A stretch of 64,000 nucleotides of DNA, taken from NCBI GenBank assembly GCA_963727775.1, contig CAVSHB010000001.1:160001-224000 (forward strand), written 5' to 3'. This DNA comes from an uncultured Nitrospiraceae bacterium. GTDB lineage: Bacteria; Nitrospirota; Thermodesulfovibrionia; Thermodesulfovibrionales; SM23-35. Numbering within the stretch: the stretch's first letter is position 1; each line of letters opens with the position of its first letter. This document shows positions 21,260-32,129 of the stretch, in pieces. The notes beneath the pieces are model-generated. The model made no database searches and was not told the DNA's origin. It was given only the letters and a program-made list of their open reading frames with translations. A program made the position numbers and the translations under genes.

Positions 21260-21742
21260 TTATCTGCCTGAAGGCGATGAAGGACTGACGACTCCTCCGC
21301 CCGGGTCTCCTCCGGGTTGTGCAACTTCTATCGGGGACAAACCCGCAGCCGAGGCCACAGAATAACCAAGACCTATTTCGAGAACTTTAGCTACTGCAGT
21401 AGGGTCTGCGCCTACATCAATCGCGCATCTTGAGCAGACATCAGAGGTTGTACCCGCCTCAATTGCGCCGGTAATAATCTGTTCAAGATCTCCTTTTGCT
21501 TCAATTCCGCATTTAATTACGAGACAAGGATCATGGCCCAATATAATACTGGACTTAGTAATATCTTTTGAATTATTACCTTCCTTAATAAGTCCTTTGA
21601 CAATAGGACAAATATCTTTTGCCTGCTGATATTTCTGGGCTATTATATCCTTCATCGTCTCTTCAGCAAAGACTGTATTATTTATTGCCGGTGCAATCAG
21701 GAATCCTGTTAGAATGATAGCTGATATTATTAGTTTTTTCAT
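21260..21742 (-). CDS. Secreted hypothetical protein
   Basis: Signal peptide, five Cys, Gly/Pro/Ser-rich tail; GAGG RBS. Confidence 0.7.
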   Translation of the reverse strand: MKKLIISAIILTGFLIAPAINNTVFAEETMKDIIAQKYQQAKDICPIVKGLIKEGNNSKDITKSSIILGHDPCLVIKCGIEAKGDLEQIITGAIEAGTTSDVCSRCAIDVGADPTAVAKVLEIGLGYSVASAAGLSPIEVAQPGGDPGGGVVSPSSPSGR

Positions 21743-21959
21743 AATATTCCTCTTACTTTATCTATATCATAATAGAAATACTTTGTCAATAGAGGCTTTT
21801 GTAAACAGTCAACGAAATTCCATAAAATATGTCGAAGCAATATCCGAAGGGCTTCTAAACTATCTAAAAACTCTTTACCTATCTCTGTGACTTTTATGTA
21901 AAATAACAGGAGCTAAGATATTAAGATATAATGAAATAGGCAGTTTATAATGATTTCCC

Positions 21960-22736
21960 ATGAAAGCAATTGATATAAATAACCTTACCGTTAAACTGAA
22001 CAACAGAGAAGTCCTTACCAATATAACAATGTCTTTGGATGAAGGAAGGTTCCTCGGCATTGTGGGTCCTAACGGCGGGGGGAAGACAACATTCCTCAGA
22101 GTTGTGCTCGGACTTGTAAAACCGGCTTCAGGCGAAATCCGTATCTTCGGAAAACTGCCGGAAGAGATTTTGAAGACCGGCAGCATCTTTGGTTATCTTC
22201 CGCAAACATTCAAGGTATCTCCGGATTTCCCTGTCAGGGTAATAGATGTGGTCATGATGGGAAGATACGGCAGGGCCGGCATGCTACGGTGGTTAAAGGA
22301 AAAAGACAAGAGAAAGGCGATGGAATACCTTTCCGTAATGGGGATTGAGAAACTGAAAGATGTGCAGTTCGGTGAACTCTCGGGGGGCCAGCAACAAAGG
22401 GCGTCCATTGCAAGGGCTTTGGCAGGCGAGCCCAGGATCTTACTGCTTGATGAACCGAGCACGGGAATTGATGTTATAGGCCAGGGAGATTTCTATCATC
22501 TCATGAAAGGGCTTCAAAAAAGGTTCAACCTGACCATTTTGATGGTATCTCACGATATCGGAACCATCCCGGCCTACATCGATGAAATAGCATGCCTTAA
22601 CTATACTCTTCATTATCATGGGAATCCTGTCGGCGCTCTTAATGAGACCGTTCTGACAACTCTTTACGGTAAAAATATAGATGTCCTTCAGCATACGGAC
22701 ATCTGCGAAAAATGTGAACGGTTAAGGAGCGCATAA
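21960..22736 (+). CDS. znuC: Zn/Mn ABC transporter ATPase (ZnuC-like)
   Basis: GPNGGGKTT, LSGGQQQR, LLLDEP and VSHD motifs. Confidence 0.85.
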   Translation: MKAIDINNLTVKLNNREVLTNITMSLDEGRFLGIVGPNGGGKTTFLRVVLGLVKPASGEIRIFGKLPEEILKTGSIFGYLPQTFKVSPDFPVRVIDVVMMGRYGRAGMLRWLKEKDKRKAMEYLSVMGIEKLKDVQFGELSGGQQQRASIARALAGEPRILLLDEPSTGIDVIGQGDFYHLMKGLQKRFNLTILMVSHDIGTIPAYIDEIACLNYTLHYHGNPVGALNETVLTTLYGKNIDVLQHTDICEKCERLRSA

Positions 22737-22744
22737 ACAATACC

Positions 22745-23545
22745 ATGCTCGAAATGTTAAGTTCTGCTTTCATGCAAAAGGCCTTGATTGTGGGGATTAT
22801 TGTCAGCCTGATATCAGGCCTCGTCTCGGTTTTTGTGGTCCTCCGTAAAATGTCCTTCATCGGGGCGGGCATCTCACATGCCGCTTTCGGCGGAGTTGCA
22901 ATCGGTTTTTTTACGGGGATAAACCCGATAATCACGGCCATCATCTATTCTATCGCAGTCGCACTGGGAATAGATGCGGTAAGCAGAAAAGGGAAGGTCT
23001 CGGAGGATGCCACTATAGGGATATTTTTTGCAAGTTCTATGGCTCTCGGTATTGTGCTTATAAGCCTTTCAAAGGAATTCAATGTCGACCTTTTCGGCTA
23101 TCTTTTCGGCAATATATTAGCTATTACCGAAGGAGAGGTCCTGCTCTCGCTGTGCATAGCGGTGTTTGCAATCGGTGCTATAGTGCTTTTTCTGAAAGAG
23201 ATATTCATTACTACATTCAATGAAGAGATAGCCCGCGTAAGCGGGATATCAGTAAGGGCCATCAATCTCCTTTTCCTGATTGTTCTTGCCGTGTCGATTG
23301 TAATATCCATGAAGATCGTGGGTATTATTCTCATATCGGCATTGCTTGTAATCCCCGGAGCCACAGCGCAGTTGTTCGCAAAGAACCTTTACTTTATGAT
23401 CGCCGCGTCATGCGGTGTCGCAGTAATTTCAACGGTTTTAGGGCTTGTCCTCGCCTATGAGTTCGATATCGCGCCCGGCGGGAGCATTGTCCTAACGGCT
23501 ACGGCAATATTTTTAGTGGTATTGTTTTTTAAAAGGAGACGATAA
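22745..23545 (+). CDS. znuB: Zn/Mn ABC transporter permease (ZnuB-like)
   Basis: ISHAAFGG and YLFGNIL motifs; ABC-3 hydrophobic pattern. Confidence 0.85.
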   Translation: MLEMLSSAFMQKALIVGIIVSLISGLVSVFVVLRKMSFIGAGISHAAFGGVAIGFFTGINPIITAIIYSIAVALGIDAVSRKGKVSEDATIGIFFASSMALGIVLISLSKEFNVDLFGYLFGNILAITEGEVLLSLCIAVFAIGAIVLFLKEIFITTFNEEIARVSGISVRAINLLFLIVLAVSIVISMKIVGIILISALLVIPGATAQLFAKNLYFMIAASCGVAVISTVLGLVLAYEFDIAPGGSIVLTATAIFLVVLFFKRRR

Positions 23546-23670
23546 ATAATTAACTTCAGGGGGTGTAATTTGGCAGCCTGGATTCCCACCAGTGTCAAAG
23601 ACTACGAAAGAAAAGCACCCCGATTGACAGAACATGTTATATTTGCTAAAAAATACTTAGGGAGCTAAAC

Positions 23671-24888
23671 ATGAATGTTGTTATTATAGGATCGAGTGCC
23701 GCGGGACTGGCATGCCTCGATACACTTGTAAGATTCTCTCCGGAATTAAACGCTACCATCATATCCGAGGAAGCGTACGCACCGTACTGCAGGTGTCTGC
23801 TCACTTATTATCTCGGTGGAATCCTCAGAGAAAAGCAGATGGTCATCAGGGATACAACCTCATATCCTGCAAATACTAATTTTCTTTTCGGTAAAAGGGC
23901 TGACCGGATAGATACGCAGAATAAGTCTGTCATTCTCACCAGTGGGCAAGAAATCTCCTATGACAAGCTTCTTATTGCTACAGGGTCGAATGCTGTGAAA
24001 CCACAATACTATGATGAAGAGAAGAAAATCTTTACACTCCGATACATGGACGATGCCAAAAAAATTGAACCGCATATTAGGAAGAAGGCAATTATTCTGG
24101 GTGGAGGTTTTGTCGGGATAAAGGCGGCATTCGGGTTGATGGAGCGAAATATCGGTGTCACGGTAGTCATCTCCTCCGGATATCCCCTCTCCATGATTGT
24201 TGATGAAAAAACGGGATGGTTCATCGATAAGGACCTGAGAAGCATGGGCATCGATATACGTACCGGAGAGGATATTGCCGGAATAAAGACTAAAAACGAA
24301 GCACTCCGGGTTTCCCTCTCATCAGGTTTTGAACTGGATAGCGACGCTATTATCGTCGGCAAGGGCGTGAAGCCGAGGGTTGAACTTGCAAAACAAGCTG
24401 GGATTAAGACGGACTTGGGCATCACGGTGGATGAGTTTCTGGAGACCTCTGCCGAAGACATTTATGCCGCAGGCGATTGCTGCGAAACCATGGATATTGT
24501 ACGCAAAAGATTATGGGTAAATGCCATCTGGCCTGTGGCTGTTGAACAGGGCTATTACGCGGCCCTGAATATGCTGGGCATGAAGGCCCCTTACTACGGC
24601 AGTGTCGGCATGAACAGCATGAAGACCCGCGCATTCCACCTTATCACCGCAGGGGTCCTGAAGGGCGGGGAAGGGATTTCCCTGTTTGAGAAATATATAC
24701 CATCAAAGAATCAGTTCAGAAAATTAGCGGTGAGGGACAACGTGCCGGTTGGCATGGCTTTCTATAATAACCCCGAAGAAGCGGGAGTCATCATAAATCT
24801 TATAAAGAAAGGGACGCCGCTCACTGTCGATCCTGTAAAGATCGTGAATAACGAGGTGAGCGTGATGGATATCCTCAAGCCCCTGTAA
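23671..24888 (+). CDS. FAD-dependent NAD(P)H oxidoreductase (CODH-associated FNOR)
   Basis: IGSSAAG, LLIATGS, GGGFVG and IYAAGD motifs; first gene of the coo operon. Confidence 0.88.
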   Translation: MNVVIIGSSAAGLACLDTLVRFSPELNATIISEEAYAPYCRCLLTYYLGGILREKQMVIRDTTSYPANTNFLFGKRADRIDTQNKSVILTSGQEISYDKLLIATGSNAVKPQYYDEEKKIFTLRYMDDAKKIEPHIRKKAIILGGGFVGIKAAFGLMERNIGVTVVISSGYPLSMIVDEKTGWFIDKDLRSMGIDIRTGEDIAGIKTKNEALRVSLSSGFELDSDAIIVGKGVKPRVELAKQAGIKTDLGITVDEFLETSAEDIYAAGDCCETMDIVRKRLWVNAIWPVAVEQGYYAALNMLGMKAPYYGSVGMNSMKTRAFHLITAGVLKGGEGISLFEKYIPSKNQFRKLAVRDNVPVGMAFYNNPEEAGVIINLIKKGTPLTVDPVKIVNNEVSVMDILKPL

Positions 24889-24898
24889 GGAGGTGTTT

Positions 24899-25492
24899 AT
24901 GAAGGTAGTAGTCGTCAGACCGGAGAGGTGCGTGGGATGCCTTCAATGCCGTTTTGCCTGTTCAGTTGTCCATTCAGAGAGCAAGTCTCCGTTTACTGCA
25001 CCCTATGAAAGCATTCTTTCGAAGCCGAGAATTCATATCGGAGTGACAACGGGAAAGGAACCGTTCCCGAACAAGTGCAGGCACTGTAATCCTGCTCCCT
25101 GTGAAATGGCCTGCATCACAAAAGCAATATTCAGAGATGAATCAACCGGTATCGTTCTGATCAACCCTGACCGGTGCATAAACTGCGGCATGTGTGCAAT
25201 GGCATGCCCTTTCGGTGTTGTACGGTATCATGTCTATGTCGACAGGAGAACATCCGCCCACAAGTGCGACCAATGCTTTGCAAGGCAGCAAGAGGGTAAG
25301 ATACCCGCCTGTGTTGAAGTCTGCAAAGTGGGCGCCCTTGTTTTCGAGGACTATAACAAAATGATGGATAAGGCCACTGATCAACTGGCCTCTTTGGTCT
25401 ATTTAGGCATCCGGGAAAAAGAGCACGAGAAAGGTTCTTATCCGACTTTGATCGCATATAAAAATATTTTACAGGAAATAAAGAGGAGGTAG
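24899..25492 (+). CDS. cooF: 4Fe-4S ferredoxin subunit CooF
   Basis: Four Cys clusters (CVGCLQCRFAC, CRHCNPAPC, CINCGMCAMAC, KCDQC). ATG at 24899 after AGGAGG; the ORF track starts at 24893. Confidence 0.88.
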   Translation: MKVVVVRPERCVGCLQCRFACSVVHSESKSPFTAPYESILSKPRIHIGVTTGKEPFPNKCRHCNPAPCEMACITKAIFRDESTGIVLINPDRCINCGMCAMACPFGVVRYHVYVDRRTSAHKCDQCFARQQEGKIPACVEVCKVGALVFEDYNKMMDKATDQLASLVYLGIREKEHEKGSYPTLIAYKNILQEIKRR

Positions 25493-25494
25493 TC

Positions 25495-27369
25495 ATGAGT
25501 GAATATAAGGAATATTCCATATGCACTGATGCTCAGCTAACCCTGAAAAAGGCCCGTGAAGACGGTGTGGAAACCGCCTGGGACAGATTGAAAAAACAGG
25601 AACCCCAGTGTGGTTATTGTGAATTAGGTGTCTCATGCCGCATCTGCGTTATGGGCCCGTGCAGGATTGATCCCTTTGGTGAAGGCCCGCAGCGAGGGGT
25701 ATGCGGCGCAGACGCCGAAATCATTGTTGCGAGAAATCTGGCCCGTATGATTGCAGCCGGCGCAGCTTCCCATTCAGACCATGGCCGTGACCTCCTGGAA
25801 GTGCTCCATAAAATCGGAATGGGCAAGGCACCCGGATATGGAATAAAAGACCCGGAAAAATTAAAACGCATAGCCGCAGAGCACGGTGTCAATACGGCAA
25901 ATCTGAGCAACGAAGAGATCGCAAAAGGACTTGCAGAAGCCATGATGGAAGATTACGGAATGAAAAAGCAAAGGATCACCTTTATCAACAGGGCCCCTAA
26001 ACAGAGGATCGAGCTCTGGGAAAAATTAAGGGTAATCCCCCGGGGGATAGACAGGGAGACTTCGGAACTCATGCACCGCACGCACATGGGAGTGGACAAC
26101 GATTATATATCCTTGCTGCTTAATACTGTGAAGAACAGTCTTTCAGACGGTTACGGCGGATCGATGATCGGGACCGAAGTGTCGGACATTATTTTCGGGA
26201 CGCCAAAGCCGGGCTTTTCCGAGGTCAATCTCGGGGTATTAAAAGAGGACCAGGTGAATATCCTTGTGCACGGCCACAGTCCTGTTGTTTCGGAAATGAT
26301 AGGCCTTGCGGTTGATGATAAGGAAATGATCAAGCTTGCAAAATCCAAAGGTGCAAACGGGATCAATCTCGCGGGGCTCTGTTGCACCGGCAACGAATTA
26401 ATGATGAGAAAGAAGATACCGATGGCCGGGAACCACCTAATGACTGAACTGACCATGGTGACAGGCGCGGTCGAATCTATTATCGTGGATTATCAGTGCA
26501 TCATGCCTTCTCTGGGGCAGGTGGCGCAGTGCTACCATACCAAACTGTATTCTACTTCGGATAAGGCCAAATTCCCCTTTATGCAACATGTTGAATTTAC
26601 CCCTGAGAACGCAAAAGGACAGGCGTACAAGATCGTGAAGGAATCGATAGAAAACTTCCCGCGCAGGAACAAAGATAAAATTTTCATCCCGGTTGCTCCG
26701 GTCAAGACTATGACCGGCTTTTCCGTGGAAGCCATTCTGGAAGCGCTTGGCGGAAGTCTCACCCCGCTGATTGATGCGATTAAAGCTGGAAAAATCAAAG
26801 GGGCCGTTGGAGTGGTTGGTTGCAACAACCCGAAGATCAAGCAGGATTACGGTCACGTAGGGCTCATCAAAAGGCTTATCACAAATGATATTCTGGTCCT
26901 CACTACAGGGTGTGTGAATGTGGCTGCCGGTAAGGCAGGATTACAGGTGCCTGAGGCAAAAGAGCTTGCGGGCCCGGGGTTAAAAGAGATATGCGGCCTC
27001 CTGAACATTCCCCCTTCTCTTCATGTCGGCTCGTGTGTGGATAATTCGAGGATCATTGCAATCGCCTGCGCATTGGCCAATGCCATTGGGGTTGATATCG
27101 ACAAACTTCCCCTTGCCGCGGCTGCTCCCGAATGGTATTCGGAGAAGGCGGCAACAATCGCTTTTTATGCCATGGCCAGCGGGGTTTTTACCGTGCTCGG
27201 TGTGATGCCGCCTATTTTGGGAAGCAAGAAGATTACCGAGCTTGCCACCTCGGGATTGAATGACGTTTTCGGAGCGTGCTTTGCTGTAGAGCCCGATCCT
27301 GAAAAGGCTGCAGACCTCATAACCGCGCATATCATTGCGAAAAGAAAAGGCTTAGGTTTAAGCGTATAG
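25495..27369 (+). CDS. cooS: Ni,Fe carbon monoxide dehydrogenase catalytic subunit
   Basis: CRICVMGPC, HSDHGR, VHGH, CCTGNE, GCNN, TGC, GSCVDN and SEKA motifs. Confidence 0.96.
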   Translation: MSEYKEYSICTDAQLTLKKAREDGVETAWDRLKKQEPQCGYCELGVSCRICVMGPCRIDPFGEGPQRGVCGADAEIIVARNLARMIAAGAASHSDHGRDLLEVLHKIGMGKAPGYGIKDPEKLKRIAAEHGVNTANLSNEEIAKGLAEAMMEDYGMKKQRITFINRAPKQRIELWEKLRVIPRGIDRETSELMHRTHMGVDNDYISLLLNTVKNSLSDGYGGSMIGTEVSDIIFGTPKPGFSEVNLGVLKEDQVNILVHGHSPVVSEMIGLAVDDKEMIKLAKSKGANGINLAGLCCTGNELMMRKKIPMAGNHLMTELTMVTGAVESIIVDYQCIMPSLGQVAQCYHTKLYSTSDKAKFPFMQHVEFTPENAKGQAYKIVKESIENFPRRNKDKIFIPVAPVKTMTGFSVEAILEALGGSLTPLIDAIKAGKIKGAVGVVGCNNPKIKQDYGHVGLIKRLITNDILVLTTGCVNVAAGKAGLQVPEAKELAGPGLKEICGLLNIPPSLHVGSCVDNSRIIAIACALANAIGVDIDKLPLAAAAPEWYSEKAATIAFYAMASGVFTVLGVMPPILGSKKITELATSGLNDVFGACFAVEPDPEKAADLITAHIIAKRKGLGLSV

Positions 27370-27407
27370 AAAAGAAAATGTAAAGATATCTGAACGCATA
27401 ATTCCAA

Positions 27408-27908
27408 GATCTCCTGATATATTCACAAGTCGATACGAAGGAGAGAGTCTTTAAACCCACAAATTGCTCGGTCGCACTGGAGTCCGCAATTCGGAGTCTT
27501 CGATCGGCCATCGAGGGAAACGAGGCTGAGGTGACATATGATTCTTTGCCTACAGTGATGGCGGATGCTTCACAAAAGAGTAGATTATTTCAAAACCTTA
27601 TCGGTAACGCGATCAAATTTCATGGTGGGAAACGCGTGAGAGTTCGTGTTTCGGCTGAAAGAAAAGGAGATGAGTGGATATTTTCCGTCCGTGATAACGG
27701 TATAGGAATTGATCCGGTGCAGGCAGACAGAATATTTGTTATTTTCCAGCGTCTTCATTCCAGAGAAGAGTACCCCGGGACGGGAATAGGATTGGCAATT
27801 TGCAAGAGAATCGTCGAACGTCACGGTGGGCGTCTTTGGGTAGATTCTGAGTTAGGGAAGGGATCGACCTTTTACTTCACACTTGCCGCTGCAAAAGAAC
27901 TTTCCTAA
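27408..27908 (+). pseudogene. 5'-truncated sensor histidine kinase (HATPase only)
   Basis: The frame runs upstream of the 27531 GTG (DLLIYSQV...) with no H-box. N, G1, F and G2 boxes are present ([26 protein letters not shown]). Confidence 0.7.
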
Positions 27909-28822
27909 TTCGTTCTGCCTTCCTGTTTTAATTTATTTATAATCTCCTGGATCTTCGGTAAGGCTTCAATCGCCGCCTTTTCTCCTTCGAGGACCGCCTC
28001 GTGCCTCCTGGAAAAATCCGCGCTCCCTATGTAACCGACCCGGGGCTTTATAACCACGTCGGCTTTTGCGAGCTGAATAGCTGAAATCTTTGAATACATG
28101 ATGCTTATCGCCTGAAGGATTGTCTCAATCGTACTTTGCGGGGTTGATGAATCGATATCACTTGATATGTCGACAGCAATGACAATGTCGGCGCCGAGCC
28201 TTCTTGCAGCCTCGACGGCAACAGGGCTCACAACACCTCCGTCGACATACATCCTGCCTGAAATGACCGGTGGGACGAAGATACCGGGGATCGAACAGCT
28301 TGCCCTCACGGCAGTGCCTGTATTACCGCTCCCGAAGACAACCTCCTTCCCGCTCCGGATATCTGTTGCGACAGCATAAAAAGGTATCTTCAACTTTTCG
28401 ATCGGTGTGTTTCTAAGGATGTAATTTACATAGCCTTCCAGTTTCTCTCCCTTTATGAAGCCGTTGTCGGGGATCGTAAGATCGATGATATTATCTTTCT
28501 CAAGTGCGAAGGACAGCTTCTGGAGTTCGAATGCGTTGAATCCATATGCGTACAGCGACCCGACAAAGCTCCCCGCGCTTGTGCCGACTACCATATGAAC
28601 CGGGATTTTATTCTCCTCAAGGACTTTTAACACTCCGATATGCGCAAACCCTTTTGAAGCGCCGGCGCCGAGGACCACTGCGACCCTGGCCTGTTTAGAA
28701 AGCGGCCTTATCTCTTTTGGAGTACAGGAGAACAAGGAGAGAATGATCAGCAACGTTATTGAAACTTTTATTGTCATGTTTTTATTCAGCGGCATATCTA
28801 TAAAAATAATTCTTCTGGACAC
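27905..28822 (-). CDS. Patatin-like phospholipase, probable lipoprotein
   Basis: GAGASKG, GTSAG and DGG motifs; LFSC lipobox. The true start may be downstream. Confidence 0.88.
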   Translation of the reverse strand: MSRRIIFIDMPLNKNMTIKVSITLLIILSLFSCTPKEIRPLSKQARVAVVLGAGASKGFAHIGVLKVLEENKIPVHMVVGTSAGSFVGSLYAYGFNAFELQKLSFALEKDNIIDLTIPDNGFIKGEKLEGYVNYILRNTPIEKLKIPFYAVATDIRSGKEVVFGSGNTGTAVRASCSIPGIFVPPVISGRMYVDGGVVSPVAVEAARRLGADIVIAVDISSDIDSSTPQSTIETILQAISIMYSKISAIQLAKADVVIKPRVGYIGSADFSRRHEAVLEGEKAAIEALPKIQEIINKLKQEGRTN

Positions 28823-28973
28823 TGTTTGTCAAAAGAATGTTCATGGAAAATTGAGCAGACAGTCAACTTAAAACTTGCAGGGTGTCTGTTTACCTCCAAT
28901 ACTATCCGGCTTATGGTGAAATGTTTGCTATAATAAATAAATTACGGATTTTGCATTCTTCATCATATGAGAC

Positions 28974-30035
28974 ATGGAAGATAAAGATAAAACTGAAAGT
29001 CCATCTGAAGGCGAATCGTCAAGATCAAAAGCCGTTTCTAAATATCCCGTTCAGGACACGAAGCTGGTCACCCCTCTGGCAATTACTCTGGTGGTCATGC
29101 TTATCGGGATGTCGGCGTATCAAGTACTGAAATATCTGCTTTTCCCGGTCCTCTCACTTATTAAGTCAAACATTATTACCGTTCTTTTCAGCTCTTCGGT
29201 TGCAACCATTGCCGCCTATTTTATATTGCACAAGCGTCAACTCCTCCTTCAGCAGACACTAAAAGAAATTGAAGAGCGCGAGAGAGCGGAGGGGGAAGTC
29301 AAGACCCTCAATGAGGATTTGGAATACCATATTTCTCAACTGGAGGCCGCAAACAACGAACTCGAATCATTCAGTTACTCCGTATCACATGACCTCCGCG
29401 CGCCGCTTCGCCATATAATCGGGTACGTTGAACTGCTGCAAAAAAATACTTCAGAGCTTGACTCGAAGAGCCTGAGATATTTAACAACAATCTCCGATTC
29501 CGCAAAACGCATGGGTCTTCTGATCGATGATCTGCTGACCTTTTCACGGATTGGTCGCGTCGAAATGCGGAAGACGATGTTCAGCCTCGGACAACTCATC
29601 GAAGACGTCCTGAATGATTTGCAGTACGATATGAACGGACGTAAGATAACATGGGAGATAGGGCCTTTGCCAGAAGTCTATGCCGACCGTTCGCTGATGA
29701 ATCTGGTCTTTCTGAACCTGCTTGCCAATGCGATAAAGTTTACTTCTCCGCGACCCGTGGCCGAGATAGAAATCGGCACTGTCCCCAGAGCAAAGGACGA
29801 AACCGTGGTTTTTGTCCGGGATAACGGCGTCGGGTTTGATATGAAATACACAGACAAACTTTTCGGTGTGTTCCAGCGTCTTCACAGTGCCAACCGGTTT
29901 GAAGGCACAGGAATCGGGCTTGCAAATGTCCATCGCATCATTCATCGACACGGGGGAGAGACATGGGCGGAGGGAGTTGTAGACAAAGGAGCGACCTTCT
30001 TTTTTTCAATTCCGAAATCAATCAAGGGGGAATAA
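28974..30035 (+). CDS. Membrane sensor histidine kinase
   Basis: Two TM segments; H-box SYSVSHDLRAPL; N, G1, F and G2 boxes. Confidence 0.92.
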   Translation: MEDKDKTESPSEGESSRSKAVSKYPVQDTKLVTPLAITLVVMLIGMSAYQVLKYLLFPVLSLIKSNIITVLFSSSVATIAAYFILHKRQLLLQQTLKEIEERERAEGEVKTLNEDLEYHISQLEAANNELESFSYSVSHDLRAPLRHIIGYVELLQKNTSELDSKSLRYLTTISDSAKRMGLLIDDLLTFSRIGRVEMRKTMFSLGQLIEDVLNDLQYDMNGRKITWEIGPLPEVYADRSLMNLVFLNLLANAIKFTSPRPVAEIEIGTVPRAKDETVVFVRDNGVGFDMKYTDKLFGVFQRLHSANRFEGTGIGLANVHRIIHRHGGETWAEGVVDKGATFFFSIPKSIKGE

Positions 30036-30503
30036 ATGATCTCTGAACTTAAACGTATTTTGTTAGCTGAGGATGACCCAAGGGATGTAGAGCTTATATT
30101 GGAAGCTTTGGGAGATTACAATCTGGCGAACGAGGTGATCGTGGCCAGCGACGGCGAGGAAGCACTGGATTACCTGTACTGCCGTGGAAAATTCAATACC
30201 CGTCCGAGCGGTAACCCGGCTGTAGTGCTTCTGGACCTGAAGATGCCGAAGGTAAGCGGTACGGAGGTGTTGAAACAAATCAGGTCCGATGATAATCTGA
30301 AGATGATCCCGATAGTAGTGCTGACTTCCTCGCGGGAGGAAAAGGACTGGATAGAAAGTTATCAGCTTGGGATAAATGCCTATGTTGTAAAGCCTGTTGA
30401 TTTCCACGAATTTGTCGAGGCAGTCAAAGACCTTGGAGTATTCTGGGCGGTAATAAACGAACCCCCGCCGGGCAGCGTCAGGAGTGTAAGAAAAAAAAGA
30501 TAA
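30036..30503 (+). CDS. Single-domain response regulator (Rcp1-like)
   Basis: LAEDD, LLDLKMP, VLTSS and VKP motifs. Confidence 0.92.
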   Translation: MISELKRILLAEDDPRDVELILEALGDYNLANEVIVASDGEEALDYLYCRGKFNTRPSGNPAVVLLDLKMPKVSGTEVLKQIRSDDNLKMIPIVVLTSSREEKDWIESYQLGINAYVVKPVDFHEFVEAVKDLGVFWAVINEPPPGSVRSVRKKR

Positions 30504-30564
30504 ATAAAATATCTCCTCTTTATCCTTGCCTTTTCCCGCCGCGGGGTAGAGGTTTCTGAGTAAT

Positions 30565-30602
30565 CCTCTGCCGTCTCCGCCTGAGCTTGGAGACGGCAGA
30601 GG
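30565..30602. terminator. Hairpin between convergent genes
   Basis: Perfect 14-bp stem CCTCTGCCGTCTCC/GGAGACGGCAGAGG. Confidence 0.6.
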
Positions 30603-30644
30603 TATGGGGAGGGTCTTAATATATTGATTATAAAAAGACTCTGA

Positions 30645-31112
30645 TTATGCGCTCTGGGTGGAGAGGAATATCTGCAATGTCATTTGGCTGATCTGGTCTG
30701 TGAGCGCCTCAATTCCGTCGATGTGCTGGTCTTCCTGTTTCAGAATGCCTTCGAGCAGGTCACGCGTTGCAAAGTCACCCACTTCCCCGCAGAGGACAAT
30801 AGCGGCGTTATAAGCCTTTATTGCCGTCAATTCCAACGCATGGTCGTTATTGAGCTGATCCGGAACAACAGCGCCTATGTGCATTGTCTTCAAGTTGCTC
30901 ACAATAGGAATCCCTTCGAGGAAGAGTATTCTGCCGATCAGTTTCTCTGCGTGTTTCATCTCATCTATGGCGCGTTTTTCAAAATGCTGGTGGAGTTTCT
31001 CATATCCCCAGTTATCGCTCATCTCCGCGTGCACCATATACTGGTTGACGGCGGTCAACTCGTCCGCAAGCAGAGAGTTCAGCGTCCCGATAAGTTTCTC
31101 ATTACCTTTCAT
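30645..31112 (-). CDS. bfr: Bacterioferritin
   Basis: MKGN...LADELTAVNQY, DEMKHA (heme Met) and EDQH ferroxidase motifs. Confidence 0.95.
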   Translation of the reverse strand: MKGNEKLIGTLNSLLADELTAVNQYMVHAEMSDNWGYEKLHQHFEKRAIDEMKHAEKLIGRILFLEGIPIVSNLKTMHIGAVVPDQLNNDHALELTAIKAYNAAIVLCGEVGDFATRDLLEGILKQEDQHIDGIEALTDQISQMTLQIFLSTQSA

Positions 31113-31468
31113 TACGGCCTCCTTTTGGTTGTTCTGGTTATTAAACGGTTTTGCCCAAGCGTTGCCTTTCTATCGCTTGATTCCATCCATTTGAAAAGAT
31201 TATATCCGCCGAATAACCGGTTGTCAAACAATTAGTTATGGACTGGATATAGATTCGGGGATGGCGCTTAATCCCGAGGTTTTTACTGGAGACTCGTCAG
31301 GATCAGTCGCTGGAGCCTCACCTGGTTATTATGCTCTTCGGTCTTGAACGTGAGGTAGTCTTTCTTGTCCATTATGTTTTGTCTAAATTGCTGAAGCAGG
31401 GATAAAAGCATCGGGATGCTGAAAGTATTTTTGGAGCCTTCAAGCCGGGAAGTTAATCGGATAGTTCC

Positions 31469-31918
31469 CTACATCTTGATGATCGCCTTCGAATATTTGT
31501 CAGACAATGGATCATATCCGGGTGCGGGACTAAAGTTTTCATTCAGGACTTTTAATCCTGCAATTTTTGATATATCAAATGGCCTCCAATAGGGCAAGCT
31601 TTTGTAATGGCTTGAATAGCCTGAAACCTGGAAAGAATCTACTCGTATTTTTCCGTTGGAGCTGACATAGATCGCGTGGGGGCATACTATTCTTGTCCCG
31701 GCTCCCTTGTAGTTTAATTCGACCTTACACTTAAGCTTGATTGCCTCGGCAATCTGATTTTGAATATACGTCCCGTGTTCACTGCCTTGCAATGAGCTCT
31801 GTTCTGATTCTGAAATATCGTCTGCCAATTCAGGGCGGGATTTGAGGATAGCGAAGGATTTTAAATATTGTATCCACTTTGAGAATAGGGATTTGGTTAT
31901 AAAGATTTCAGACAGCAT
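31469..31918 (-). CDS. Standalone WYL-like domain protein
   Basis: Y...RIVCPH...WRPFDISKI pattern; ATG at 31918 follows GGAGG. Confidence 0.55.
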   Translation of the reverse strand: MLSEIFITKSLFSKWIQYLKSFAILKSRPELADDISESEQSSLQGSEHGTYIQNQIAEAIKLKCKVELNYKGAGTRIVCPHAIYVSSNGKIRVDSFQVSGYSSHYKSLPYWRPFDISKIAGLKVLNENFSPAPGYDPLSDKYSKAIIKM

Positions 31919-32051
31919 TATGCCTCCCTTGAATCTAACAGCCAATAGTGATTTAAACTAATGCTGATTATATCACAATAATGCTTGATGTCAAGGTTTG
32001 TGGCAGATCAACTGGGGTCGACGTTACAGGATATTTATAAACTTTCCTGTT

Positions 32052-32129
32052 TTAAAAGGGCAAGGTTGCAACTTCGTCGATCGCATCATAAATATCTTGC
32101 AGGTAGTCTCTGTATTCCCGTTTCTTCAC
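32052..32129 (-). pseudogene. Truncated HEPN (DUF86) toxin
   Basis: GTG overlaps the MNT stop; reads VKKREYRDYLQDIYDAIDEVATLPF* and stops after 25 codons. Confidence 0.65.

Noticed and set aside
21960..23545. ABC transporter as nickel supply for CODH
   Set aside because: Motifs are ZnuC/ZnuB-type, no binding protein is present, and adjacency is the only link.
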